Positions 1 through 9,128 of a DNA stretch of 32,000 bases are shown piece by piece. The stretch lies in assembly GCF_001457615.1 (NCBI RefSeq), contig NZ_LN831024.1, positions 2,370,001 to 2,402,000 of the forward strand. The letters run 5' to 3'. The position numbers and the translations under genes are program-made. Below the pieces are notes generated by a model. That model worked only from the letters and a program-made list of their open reading frames with translations, was not told the DNA's origin and made no database searches. Source of the stretch: Pseudomonas aeruginosa (GTDB lineage Bacteria > Pseudomonadota > Gammaproteobacteria > Pseudomonadales > Pseudomonadaceae). Every line of letters begins with the position of its first letter. Within the stretch, counting starts at the first letter, position 1.

Positions 1-10
1 CGGCTTCCTC

Positions 11-48
11 ATTGGATAACGAGCGTTATATAAAGATCATTATCCAAT
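11..48. promoter_or_regulatory. candidate operator region upstream of the TetR gene
   Basis: ATAACG-AG-CGTTAT perfect inverted repeat (16..29), nested in a wider ATTGGATAA(11..19)...TTATCCAAT(40..48) inverted repeat. Confidence 0.5.
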
Positions 49-85
49 GTGACGACATCGTCTCCCCAACCAACGGATAGTCGGC

Positions 86-667
86 ATGCGCTACAAACCG
101 GAACAGAAACAGGCCACCCGCGCCCTGCTGTTGAGCAAGGCCGCTCCGCTGGTGAAGCGCCAGGGCTTCGCCAGCACCGGCCTGGACACCTTGATGAAGG
201 CGGCTGGTCTTACCACCGGGGCGTTCTACTCGCAATTCTCCAGCAAGGCGGAGTTGCTCGAAGCGATCCTGCAGCGCGAGCTGAGCGCCCAGCACGATGC
301 CTTTCCGCTGGACAGCCTGGAGCAACTGGCCGGCGCCACCCGTCTCTACCTCAGTCGCGGTCATGCGCAGCATGCCGACATGGGCTGCCCGATTCCGGCG
401 CTGGCCGCCGAGGTGGGCCGGGCAGGGCCCGAGGTGCGGGAAACCTTCGAACGCGCCCTGGAACAGCGGCAACGGCGGCTGGCCGAACTGATGGGCGACG
501 AGAACCGGGCCTGGGTGCTCACCTGCCTGTCGGTCGGCGCGGTGCTTCTCGCGCGTGCCCAGGCGAGCGAGGTGGCGCGCGACAAGGTCCTGGATGCGGC
601 GCTGGAGCATGCGCTGGGCCTGCTTTCGGCGAGCGGAGCGGTTTCGCCGCAAGCGGACCGGGACTGA
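86..667 (+). CDS. TetR/AcrR family transcriptional regulator
   Basis: 193 aa ORF; N-terminal HTH of TetR type (TRALLLSKAAPLVKRQGFASTGLDTLMKAAGLTTGAFYSQFSSKAELLEAIL). Confidence 0.93.
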   Translation: MRYKPEQKQATRALLLSKAAPLVKRQGFASTGLDTLMKAAGLTTGAFYSQFSSKAELLEAILQRELSAQHDAFPLDSLEQLAGATRLYLSRGHAQHADMGCPIPALAAEVGRAGPEVRETFERALEQRQRRLAELMGDENRAWVLTCLSVGAVLLARAQASEVARDKVLDAALEHALGLLSASGAVSPQADRD

Positions 668-725
668 TTGCACAACTGCAATGTTCGGCGTCTAGCGTCA
701 GGCTTTCCCTCCGACAGGTAAGCCC

Positions 726-821
726 ATGAACGCCCATCATCTCGAACTCGCCAAGGCCCTGCTGGTGTTTGCCCTTGCCGTCGCCGGCCTGGTGGTCGGT
801 CTCATGCCGATGGAGTTCTGA
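726..821 (+). CDS. possible 31-aa small membrane protein
   Basis: MNAHHLELAKALLVFALAVAGLVVGLMPMEF; one hydrophobic helix; weak ribosome binding site. Confidence 0.45.
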   Translation: MNAHHLELAKALLVFALAVAGLVVGLMPMEF

Positions 822-1026
822 GCGACGCAGGTCCGGCTTCGCGCTTTTCCCTCGTCTTCGAGTGGTCTCTGGCGTTGCACCGGTTTAGGATGCGCGGGTA
901 TTTCGGAGCCGCTTCGCTTGGCGTCGCCCGCCGCTGCGCTCCGAAACCGAGCATTGCTCGAACCAGAACGAGATCGAAGGTGCATCGCCACGAGCGGCGC
1001 ACGGCCTGATGATAGATGGAGGCAAC

Positions 1027-1908
1027 ATGAGCGCGGCTCAGCCAGGCATTCTCACCCCGATTCCGGTGGTGGGTCGCTACCTGTTTTTCAGCATTTCCCA
1101 ACCCGAGCAGGTGGCCGCGACCTTGGCCAGCCTGGCCGCGGCCACCGATGGTTACCAGCTGGTGGTGGGTATCGGCCATTCGCTGATGCTCAGCCTCGGC
1201 AAGACCGTCGAGGGCATGAAGGACTATCCGGTGCTCGCCGCGCCCGGCATCGACCTGCCGTCCACGCCCTCCGCGCTGTGGTGCTGGCTGCGCGGCGAGG
1301 ATCGCGGCGAGGTGACGCTGCGCTCGCACGCGCTGGAACGGTCGCTGGCGCCGGCCTTCCAGCGGACCGGCGCGGTGGATGCGTTCCTCTACGGCGAGGA
1401 CCGCGACCTGTCCGGCTACAAGGACGGCACCGAGAACCCCAAGGGCGATGCGGCGCTCGAAGCCGCGCTGGTCTCCGGGCGCGGTGCGGGCCTGGATGGC
1501 GGCAGTTTCGTTGCTGTCCAGCAGTGGCTGCATGACTTCGACCGGATGCAGGCGATCCCCGGCGAGGAGATGGACAACATCATCGGCCGCCGCAAGTCCG
1601 ACGACGAAGAACTGGAAGACGCGCCGGCCTACGCCCACGTTAAGCGCACCGAGCAGGAAAGCTTCGAGCCCGCCGCGTTCCTCCTGCGGCGCGGCGCGCC
1701 CTGGTCCGACGAGCACCGCGCGGGGCTGTTGTTCGCCGCCTTCGGCCGCTCGTTCGAGGCCTTCGAGGTCCAGTGGCTACGGATGATCGGCGTGGAAGAC
1801 GGGGTGCTCGATGGCCTGTTCCGTTTCACCCGGCCGATCAGCGGCAGCTACTTCTGGTGTCCGCCCATGGCCGACGGCCGCCTCGACCTGTCCGCCCTCG
1901 GCCTCTGA
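1027..1908 (+). CDS. Dyp-type peroxidase
   Basis: ORF 1009..1908; ATG 1027 is preceded by GGAGGCAAC. GYKDGTENPKG matches the Dyp-peroxidase GXXDG motif region. Confidence 0.93.
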   Translation: MSAAQPGILTPIPVVGRYLFFSISQPEQVAATLASLAAATDGYQLVVGIGHSLMLSLGKTVEGMKDYPVLAAPGIDLPSTPSALWCWLRGEDRGEVTLRSHALERSLAPAFQRTGAVDAFLYGEDRDLSGYKDGTENPKGDAALEAALVSGRGAGLDGGSFVAVQQWLHDFDRMQAIPGEEMDNIIGRRKSDDEELEDAPAYAHVKRTEQESFEPAAFLLRRGAPWSDEHRAGLLFAAFGRSFEAFEVQWLRMIGVEDGVLDGLFRFTRPISGSYFWCPPMADGRLDLSALGL

Positions 1909-1955
1909 GCCCGCCGCGGCAGCAGGCCAGGCCTGCTGCCGCGTCCTGCGCGGCG

Positions 1956-2651
1956 CTAGTGGGCGGTGGCCACGGCGGCCTCGTCGATCAGCGCCGCTAC
2001 TTCCTTCGCTCGCGAGGCCAGTGACGCGTGGCTGGCATCGAGGGTGACGATCTTCCTCGGTGCGATCCGCGCGGCCATCCGCTCCTGGTTCTCCGGCGCA
2101 ATCATGCGATCGGCGCTGGAAATCTGGTACCAGGAGGGCTTGCTCTTCCAGGCCGGGCTGCCGATGGCATCGCCGAAAGTGCTGGCCAGCGGAGCCTTCT
2201 GGGTGATGCCCATGACCAGCCCTTCGTCCGCAGCGAGATCCTGGCAGAAGCTTTCGTGGAACCTGTCCGCCTTCACCCAGAGATAGCCATCGCTGTCCGG
2301 CGCCAGGTTCGCTGCGGCCAGGGGCAAGTGCTCCTGGGTGATGCCACCGGGACTTTCGCCGCTGTCGGGGGCGAAGGCGGCGATATAGACCAGCCCGACC
2401 ACATTCGGCTGGTTGCCGGCCTCGGTGATCACCGCGCCGCCATAGGAGTGTCCGACCAGCAGGACCGGCCCCTGTTGCTGCGCGATCATCTTGCGCGTCC
2501 GCTCGGCATCGTCCGCCAGCGAGGTCAACGGTAGTTCGACGGCATGCAGGTTGTCGTGGCCGAGGCGTTTCAGTTCGAGAATGACCTTGCTCCAGTGGGC
2601 GGCGCCGCCCCAGAAGCCGTGGACCAGGATGATCGCAGGCAGGTTGCTCAT
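1956..2651 (-). CDS. alpha/beta hydrolase
   Basis: Start MSNLPAIILVHGFWGGAAHW with GGGAG upstream; nucleophile elbow GHSYGG. Confidence 0.88.
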   Translation of the reverse strand: MSNLPAIILVHGFWGGAAHWSKVILELKRLGHDNLHAVELPLTSLADDAERTRKMIAQQQGPVLLVGHSYGGAVITEAGNQPNVVGLVYIAAFAPDSGESPGGITQEHLPLAAANLAPDSDGYLWVKADRFHESFCQDLAADEGLVMGITQKAPLASTFGDAIGSPAWKSKPSWYQISSADRMIAPENQERMAARIAPRKIVTLDASHASLASRAKEVAALIDEAAVATAH

Positions 2652-2981
2652 CGTGTTGCTCCCTTGTGGGTGAGGGTTGCTGGCATGAGGCATCGCCCGG
2701 CGAGCATACGAGGTCGCGATGGGCGGGCGATAGCGGGAGGCGAGGACGTTCGTCGAAAAGAACAACTCCTTGTTCCGGTAGGCGACGTGATATCGGCACG
2801 GCGGTATGTTGCAAGTCCGGACCCGACCGATCGGGTTGTCGCGACGGGCATGGAGGGGTGATCGGTCGGTCGGGTTCGCGTCTTTTCGGGGCTCCCGAAT
2901 CTGAAAAAATCTTGCTTCTCGCCATACCGGGGGAGCGGGGCGGGTAGATTTTCTTCCGAATCCTTCACTTTCTACCCGGTC

Positions 2982-3191
2982 ATGGAAAAAGCTCTGAAAT
3001 TGGCGTCATGCCTCTACGGCCTGCTGATCCTGCTCAGCCTGGCGATGGTCGCCTTCCTCAGCCAGTTTCCGTTTCTCCTCAGCTCGGGAGCGGAAAACCT
3101 CTCGATGTCGATTCTGCCGCTGCTGATCCCGCTGATGGTCGGGCTGGTCGTCTGCGAGGCGGTGCGGGCGGTGGTGCCGAAGAAGCGCTAG
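2982..3191 (+). CDS. small inner-membrane protein, 69 aa
   Basis: Two predicted hydrophobic segments (LYGLLILLSLAMVAFLSQF; ILPLLIPLMVGLVVCEAV). Confidence 0.65.
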   Translation: MEKALKLASCLYGLLILLSLAMVAFLSQFPFLLSSGAENLSMSILPLLIPLMVGLVVCEAVRAVVPKKR

Positions 3192-3205
3192 GCGCGGGGC
3201 CGGGA

Positions 3206-3394
3206 TCAGCGGCCGAGAATGCGCTGGCGGCGCAGCCGGTACTGCTCGTAGGGAAGGCCCTGGCGGTTCAGCTCTTCCAGCTGGCGTTCGCTGGCGCTGC
3301 GGGAAAACGATTCCTCGACTATCGAGTCCGGCGTGACAGGCTGTGCGCAGGCGCTGGCCAGCAGCACACCCAAGACCAGGGCAATGCGTGGCAT
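3206..3394 (-). CDS. small predicted lipoprotein
   Basis: MPRIALVLGVLLASACAQPVTPDS lipobox (LASAC); GGAG upstream of ATG 3394. Confidence 0.7.
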   Translation of the reverse strand: MPRIALVLGVLLASACAQPVTPDSIVEESFSRSASERQLEELNRQGLPYEQYRLRRQRILGR

Positions 3395-3422
3395 GCGATC
3401 TCCATGGACTACGGCAGAAGGG

Positions 3423-3505
3423 AAAAAAAGGCCATTACCAAGCGGGGGGAGGGTTGGTAATGGCCTGTACAAGGGACATTTGCCAGGCCTTGGGGATCTG
3501 GCGAA
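3423..3505 (-). ncRNA. candidate small RNA or leader attenuator 1 (5' end undefined)
   Basis: Minus strand: GCCAG-ATCCCCAAGGC-CTGGC hairpin, then 11-bp terminator stem GGCCATTACCA-ACCCTCCCCCCGCT-TGGTAATGGCC followed by TTTTTTT. Confidence 0.5.
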
Positions 3506-3663
3506 AAAGACGATATCAAGGGGGAATTTGATTAGCCAGCTAACAAAGTGGAATGAAGTTTTGCGGCAGGCGTAACAATTCTGTCCGAATCGTCATTCTT
3601 GCGTCACCGCCGGGACAGAGCGGTTTCGGCAGACTGCGGGGGAGTCGCCGAAGGAGATTCGTC

Positions 3664-3873
3664 GTGGACGATACGCTCAGGTTCGCCTCGCGCTTGTGCA
3701 AGTTCATCGTCGCCGCCAGCTTCCTGCTCGTGGCGGTCGCCAGCCTTTGCCTGTGGTGGACGGGCCAGGCCTACGAATACGCGGCGCTGGCGTTCTTTCC
3801 GTTCGCCGTACCCATGCTGCTGCTGATCATGGTCTGCGACCTGCTGGCAGCGCTGAATGGCAGGCGTCGCTGA
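3664..3873 (+). CDS. small membrane protein, about 69 aa
   Basis: GTG start preceded by AAGGAG; two hydrophobic helices. Confidence 0.6.
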   Translation: MDDTLRFASRLCKFIVAASFLLVAVASLCLWWTGQAYEYAALAFFPFAVPMLLLIMVCDLLAALNGRRR

Positions 3874-3984
3874 GCGCCCGGGCTGCCTAGCGCTTTCAGC
3901 TAGGCCGATGTCGAACCCAGACAACCGGCGCCCCGCGCGTGGCCCTATGGTGAGGCATTCATCCACTGCCTTCCTGGAGCGACC

Positions 3985-4329
3985 ATGTCAGATTTCATCA
4001 CCGTACTGCGCGATACCTGTCCCGTACCCGTGCTGGACGCCACCAAGTGGAAGCGGATCGACGGCGATCCGCATACCGTCAACCTCAACGCATACGCCTC
4101 GGCGGACGGCAGCAAGCTGATGGGCACCTGGATCTGCACGCCGGGCAAGTGGGAGGTGAACTACGAACGCTGGGAGTTCTGCCACTTCCTCGACGGCTAC
4201 TGCATCATCACCCCGGAAGGCGAGCAACCGGTGCACCTGAGGGCGGGCGACGTGTTCGTCATCGAGCCGGGCCTGCGTGGTACCTGGGAGGTGGTGGAGA
4301 CGGTGCGCAAGTACTTCGTCTTCGCCTGA
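3985..4329 (+). CDS. cupin-domain protein (DUF861-like)
   Basis: MSDFITVLRDTCPVPVLD...GTWICTPGKWEVNY...GYCIITPEGEQPVHLRAGDVFVIEPGLRGTWEVVETVRKYFV; typical small cupin. Confidence 0.85.
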   Translation: MSDFITVLRDTCPVPVLDATKWKRIDGDPHTVNLNAYASADGSKLMGTWICTPGKWEVNYERWEFCHFLDGYCIITPEGEQPVHLRAGDVFVIEPGLRGTWEVVETVRKYFVFA

Positions 4330-4371
4330 CGGTATTGCCGCACGTCCGGGATGCCTGCCGGACGTCGCGCC

Positions 4372-4743
4372 TCAGTCCTGGTGGACGATGCGGCGGATGG
4401 TGCCGCCGCAGGACTGGTAGCAACTGCGGTACTCGTCCTGGCAGTCGTCGCCGAAATCGAAGTTGCGCTGCGGGTAGGGGCAGGACTTGCGCTTCTTCTT
4501 GTCGCTGTTCTGCATGCAGTAGTTGTAGGCCGTGCTCTGCGCCTGGTAGAGCGCCTCGTCCTGGCGCTGCTGCAGCTTGGCGAGGGTCTTGCACTGGCGC
4601 TTCTCGGCATTGCACTGGCTCACGCAGTGCAGGCCGGCATCGCTGGTCGGCGGAATGTAGGAGTAGCTGACGCTAGGGCCGCAACCGCCGAGCAGCAGGG
4701 CAAGACCGAGGAGGGGGAGCAGAAGGTGTTTCCGGAACGGCAT
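4372..4743 (-). CDS. predicted lipoprotein, Cys-rich
   Basis: MPFRKHLLLPLLGLALLLGGCGPS lipobox (LLGGC) with many paired cysteines after it. Confidence 0.8.
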   Translation of the reverse strand: MPFRKHLLLPLLGLALLLGGCGPSVSYSYIPPTSDAGLHCVSQCNAEKRQCKTLAKLQQRQDEALYQAQSTAYNYCMQNSDKKKRKSCPYPQRNFDFGDDCQDEYRSCYQSCGGTIRRIVHQD

Positions 4744-4840
4744 TGTCGATATCGATAAGCAATGGCAAGCGAGAGCGAATGCTATCACTGGCTTTCCGAA
4801 GCTGTACGGCTCTACCCGATAAGGTTGAACTGGCGCACGA

Positions 4841-4877
4841 AACGCAAAAAAGAAAACCCCGGGACTGGCCCGGGGTT
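4841..4877 (-). terminator. intrinsic terminator downstream of the porin gene
   Basis: Stem AACCCCGGG (4855..4863) / CCCGGGGTT (4869..4877), T-rich tract on the minus strand. Confidence 0.75.
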
Positions 4878-4899
4878 CTCGTCGCGCTCGCAGGTTCGA

Positions 4900-6180
4900 T
4901 CAGAACACGCTGAACGGGTACTCGACGAAGGCACGGATTTCGTTGCCGCCACTGAAGTAGCTATCGCGGGCATCAGCAGAAACGCGGGCAAACGAGCTAC
5001 GCAGGCGCAGGGTGAGGTCCTTGGCCGGACCGCTCTGCACCACGTACTGGACCTGGTTGAAGATCTCGCGCTCCTTGCCGTTGCTGGTCTCGGCGGTCTT
5101 GATGTTGTCGCCGCGCACGTAGGCTACGCGGTAGGTCAGGCCGGGCACGCCGTACTTGGCGAAGTCCAGGGCGTAGCTGACCTGCCAGGAACGCTCGTCC
5201 TCGGCGTTGAAGTCCGACCAGTAGGAGTTGGCCAGCCAGATGGTGGTGCCGCCGTCGCCGATGCCGCCGGCGTTCTGGTACCAGCCGTAGTTGTAGCCGG
5301 TGTCGCCGGTGTTGCGCTGGTGGGCGATCATGAAGGTGTGGGCGTCGATGGTGTAGGACGCCGCCAGGCTCCAGATCTTGTTGTCGCGGTTACCGTTGAA
5401 GTTCTGGTCGGCGAAGTCGCTGTCCAGCTTGGTGCGATAGCCGTTGAAGTCGAAGTTCAGCGACTGGTCGGCCTGCAGCGGGATGGTGTAGTTCAGGTTG
5501 ATGTACTGCTTCTTCAGTACGTCCTCGACGTCGGAAGCGTACAGCGAGGCGTTGAAGTGATCGGTGAAGGCGTACTTGCCGCCGAACACGTTGATGCTCT
5601 TCAGGCCGCCGCTGTCGCGCCCTTCGGCGCTCTTGCGGGATTCCGCGGTGAAGCGACCGGCGTTCAGCTCCAGGCCCTCGATCTCCTTGGAGGTGATCAG
5701 GGTGCCGCTGTAGCTTTCCGGGAGCAGGCGCGAGTTGTCGTAGCTGAGCACCGGCAGGCTGGGCATCTGGTCGCCGTACTTGAGCACGGTGTTGGAGATG
5801 CGGAACTTCACCGCCGCGCCGCCCTTGGACAGATCGTCCGCCGCGGAGCCGCTGTCGCCCTGCTTGAAGAAGTCGATACCGGCGGCGCCGCTACGACCCT
5901 TCCCGCCGTCCAAGCGAACAGCGTACATACCGAACACGTCCACACCTATCCCGATGGTTCCTTGGGTGAAGCCGGAAGTGAAGGTCGCGGTTGCAGCCTG
6001 GCCCCACTCTGCTTGGTCCTCTGTACCGTACTTCTTGTCGCGTTTGATATATGCATTGCGGAAGAACAGATCGAGGTGGCTGTCCTCGACAAACCCCTTT
6101 GCTGCTTCTTGGTCATTGGCCATCGCCTGGCTTGCAGTCGCGATGCCCAGTGCCAGCAGGCAAATCCTTTTCTTCAACAT
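4900..6180 (-). CDS. oprQ: OprD-family outer membrane porin, OprQ-like
   Basis: 426 aa with signal peptide MLKKRICLLALGIATASQAMA, OprD-family N-terminus (GFVEDSHLDLFFRNAY), terminal F (AFVEYPFSVF). Confidence 0.88.
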   Translation of the reverse strand: MLKKRICLLALGIATASQAMANDQEAAKGFVEDSHLDLFFRNAYIKRDKKYGTEDQAEWGQAATATFTSGFTQGTIGIGVDVFGMYAVRLDGGKGRSGAAGIDFFKQGDSGSAADDLSKGGAAVKFRISNTVLKYGDQMPSLPVLSYDNSRLLPESYSGTLITSKEIEGLELNAGRFTAESRKSAEGRDSGGLKSINVFGGKYAFTDHFNASLYASDVEDVLKKQYINLNYTIPLQADQSLNFDFNGYRTKLDSDFADQNFNGNRDNKIWSLAASYTIDAHTFMIAHQRNTGDTGYNYGWYQNAGGIGDGGTTIWLANSYWSDFNAEDERSWQVSYALDFAKYGVPGLTYRVAYVRGDNIKTAETSNGKEREIFNQVQYVVQSGPAKDLTLRLRSSFARVSADARDSYFSGGNEIRAFVEYPFSVF

Positions 6181-6544
6181 CTTATTGTTCCTGGTTGTTG
6201 GCTTGATGTGCGCTGAAATTGAAGGAAGCGCAAGGTTCGAAGTGCACGGGAGTCATTTGTCCCATTTACCGTGCGTGGCGGTTCTGGATTCTTGTTTCTC
6301 CCGTTGGCGGCGCAACAATACCAGAACATTGTTCGATCCAAGAAAGCTTCGAGTCATTTGCTAATAACCAAAGTGCAAGGAAAGCCCCTTCCATAGGCTC
6401 TGAATCGGGCGTTGCCGGATCGCTTCGTCATGCGCCTGCAATATCAACCTTATCGATAAGTACCATGCCGCGAAGTCGCTGCAGTTCTCGCTTTGGGCGG
6501 TGATACCGTCGAATCGTGAACGGATCGACAAAGAGGGACGTGAC

Positions 6545-6859
6545 ATGAAGATTCTTATCGCTGTATTCGCCGCCCTGGCCCTCTCCGCCTGTGCCTCGCC
6601 TCCCGCTTCGAACGCCCCGGCGCTGGCCGCCAGCACCAGCAAGGCTCCCTACGATTACGCGATGTGCGTCTTGCCCAAGTGGCAACGCCAGGCGCCGGGC
6701 GTGGCGCTGATGGAGGAAGGCCGCGGCTATCGCCTGGCGGACGCCGGTCAGTGGCTGGAGGTGCAGCCGGCGAGGGGTGGCAGCCTGGTGCGAATCCATG
6801 ACCAGCAGCCCTGGGTCACCCGCGGGGCCTTCATCAATGCGGCCAGGACCTGTTCCTGA
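6545..6859 (+). CDS. predicted lipoprotein
   Basis: MKILIAVFAALALSACASPPASN; lipobox LSAC. Confidence 0.75.
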   Translation: MKILIAVFAALALSACASPPASNAPALAASTSKAPYDYAMCVLPKWQRQAPGVALMEEGRGYRLADAGQWLEVQPARGGSLVRIHDQQPWVTRGAFINAARTCS

Positions 6860-7069
6860 GCCGCGAGGAAGAGGGAAGAGCTCCGGCCCCCCTAGCATGA
6901 AGTGTCCGGAGCTCTACGGCCGCAAACGGAGGATGGCCGCAGAACGATCATCTGCCTATGGCCGGTGCTGCGCTTGATCGAGATCAAGTACTGGAGGCCG
7001 GGGAGCCGGCGTGTGCGGCGATTCGCGTGACGGGTCTCGTTTTTTCTGTGAAGTGCATTGCATAACGCT

Positions 7070-7957
7070 TCAATCGGGACGGGTGGCCAGCATGCCAACC
7101 AGTTCCTGGGCGGCCTTGCGCAATGGCTGGTTTTTCAGCCAGATAGCGTGGACAGGCAGTTTCAGCTCGTTCTTGGTATTCCTGAAGTCCAGGCGTACCA
7201 GCCTTCCCGTTGCCAGCAGCGGCGCGACCCGGGACAACGGGAAATTGCCCCAGCCGATCCCCGCCTCGACCATTTCCAGCGCCGTGCCCAGGCTGTCGGT
7301 GCGCCAGCAGGCGCCGGCAATCAGCGGACGGGTGTCGGCCAACGGCAGGTCGCAACTGGCCACCAGGATCTGCCGCACGTTCACCAGCTCTTCCAGGTAC
7401 AGCGCCTGCCCCGGCTTCTGCAGGGCGGGATGGCGCGGCGAGATGGTCGCGACCAGCGATTCCGCGCCGACATACTGGAAGCGCTCCTGCGGGTTCACGC
7501 TGATGCCGGCGAATCCGAAGCACAGGCTGATGCGGCCGCCATGGAGCAGGGCGAGGGCATCGTCCTGCGCCGCGCTGAGCACCTCGACATCGAGCAGCGG
7601 GTAGCGCTCGGAAAGGGTGCGGAGGGCGCCGAACAGCCGCCCGCTGTCGATGTCCGCAACCACGCCGAGCGACAGGCGGCTTTCCAATCCCTGGGAGAGT
7701 TCCAGCGCATGCACCTGCAACTGAGCGAGCTGCTCGGCGATCATCCGCGCTTGCGGTGCCAGGGCCCTGGCCAGCGCCGTAGGACGGGCTTCGCGGTGGG
7801 TTCGCTCGAAAAGGGCGAAACCCAGCTCCGCCTCCAGGTTGGCGATGCCCATGCTCACCGCCGAAGGCACTCGACCCAAGGCACGGGCGGCGCCGGAAAA
7901 GGAGCCGCGGTCGAGGACGGCGAGGAACAGCTCGATGGTATCGCTGGAAAAGTTCAT
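7070..7957 (-). CDS. LysR-family transcriptional regulator
   Basis: MNFSSDTIELFLAVLDRGSFSGAARALGRVPSAVSMGIANLEAELGFALFERTHR: LysR wHTH; full length 295 aa. Confidence 0.95.
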   Translation of the reverse strand: MNFSSDTIELFLAVLDRGSFSGAARALGRVPSAVSMGIANLEAELGFALFERTHREARPTALARALAPQARMIAEQLAQLQVHALELSQGLESRLSLGVVADIDSGRLFGALRTLSERYPLLDVEVLSAAQDDALALLHGGRISLCFGFAGISVNPQERFQYVGAESLVATISPRHPALQKPGQALYLEELVNVRQILVASCDLPLADTRPLIAGACWRTDSLGTALEMVEAGIGWGNFPLSRVAPLLATGRLVRLDFRNTKNELKLPVHAIWLKNQPLRKAAQELVGMLATRPD

Positions 7958-8011
7958 GGCAATTCTCCTATCAGCAGATCTGAAAGCTGCTGACTTTTTC
8001 TGTCAAGAAAA

Positions 8012-8503
8012 TTGATCCAACCTTGCCCGCCCTTCCGCTATCACGCCCGAGAGGTCCACGTGCAAGGCATCAAGCGCAAACTGGTCTACGTGACCGCCTA
8101 CGAATTGATCGGGATGAGTATCTCGACCCTGGGGCTGGCCCTGCTCGCCGGTTCCACGCCCACTACCACCGGCCCCCTGGCGGTGGTGATTACCACCGTC
8201 GCGGTGACCTGGAACTTCATCTACAACTGCCTGTTCGAGTTCTGGGAGCGGCGCCAGGCTGTGCGCGGACGCAGCGTTGCGCGGCGGGTGGCGCACGCCA
8301 TCGGCTTCCAGCTGACCCTGGTGGTCTACCTGATCCCGCTGATCGCCTGGTGGATGGGGATTTCCCTGCTGGAGGCGTTCTGGCTGGACCTGGCGCTGAT
8401 CGTCCTGATCCCGTGCTACACCTTCCTCTTCAACTGGGCCTTCGATCGCCTGTTCGGCCTCCCGACTTCCGCGTTGCCGGCCGGCGAGGTGGCCTCCGTC
8501 TGA
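8012..8503 (+). CDS. PACE-family (bacterial transmembrane pair domain) transporter-like protein
   Basis: Two repeated BTP-like units (LVYVTAYELIGMSIS... and VAHAIGFQLTLVVYLIPLIAWWMGISLLEAFWLDLALIVLIPCYTFLFNWAFDR); exact start uncertain. Confidence 0.85.
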   Translation: MIQPCPPFRYHAREVHVQGIKRKLVYVTAYELIGMSISTLGLALLAGSTPTTTGPLAVVITTVAVTWNFIYNCLFEFWERRQAVRGRSVARRVAHAIGFQLTLVVYLIPLIAWWMGISLLEAFWLDLALIVLIPCYTFLFNWAFDRLFGLPTSALPAGEVASV

Positions 8504-8674
8504 GGATTTTTTTTCTTCAGCGCCATTCGCGCTCGCCTTGGCCGGGGCAAATCGCCTACCTTAGACGGACGTGCGCTGTGGTGCCGGTTCAGGGAGGAAG
8601 TACGACCGCAAGCCATGAAGGTCTGCCCCGGCGAGGATGGGGTACGGCATTTCGATGAACGGATTGGGGTCACT

Positions 8675-9076
8675 ATGCGGATTTTGGGGATGCTACTGGG
8701 GGCCGTCTTGCTGGCGGGTTGTTCGACATCGACGCCCTCGCTCGACGAGACGGACCAGGTACCGAAGGAGCGTTTGTACAACTACCAGTTCCGTGACGAC
8801 GGCGACGCCTTCCTGGTGGTTTCCCGGGACCGCGAGTTCCTCGGCAGCGTCTGCAATACCCGCTTGATCATCGATAGCCGCCTGGCCGCCGAGATCCAGG
8901 CTGGCGAGAGCGCGCGTTTCCGTCTTCCGGCGGGGCTGCGGGTGGTATCCGTGCAGGGCGATGGGATCTGCCGCGGCGAGGCGCCCAAGCAGGTGGTGCA
9001 TGTGCAGAACGGGCAGACCACGCATTACCGGATCACCGTGGACTCCGGCCTGAACATCGGCCTGGCGCCGGGCTGA
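8675..9076 (+). CDS. predicted lipoprotein
   Basis: MRILGMLLGAVLLAGCSTSTP; lipobox LAGC; 133 aa. Confidence 0.8.
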   Translation: MRILGMLLGAVLLAGCSTSTPSLDETDQVPKERLYNYQFRDDGDAFLVVSRDREFLGSVCNTRLIIDSRLAAEIQAGESARFRLPAGLRVVSVQGDGICRGEAPKQVVHVQNGQTTHYRITVDSGLNIGLAPG

Positions 9077-9090
9077 AGCCGGCGCAACGA

Positions 9091-9116
9091 AAAAAGCCGC
9101 CCGTGGGCGGCTTTTT
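9091..9116. terminator. bidirectional intrinsic terminator
   Basis: AAAAAGCCGCCCGTGGGCGGCTTTTT between convergent genes. Confidence 0.85.
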
Positions 9117-9128
9117 CATGCGCGGCGT

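Noticed and set aside
1777-2925. 382-aa plus ORF opposite the alpha/beta hydrolase
   Set aside because: Antisense shadow; hydrolase motifs GFWGG and GHSYGG are on the minus strand with a good SD.
4762-6216. 484-aa plus ORF opposite the porin gene
   Set aside because: Antisense shadow of the OprD-family porin; no domain and no SD.
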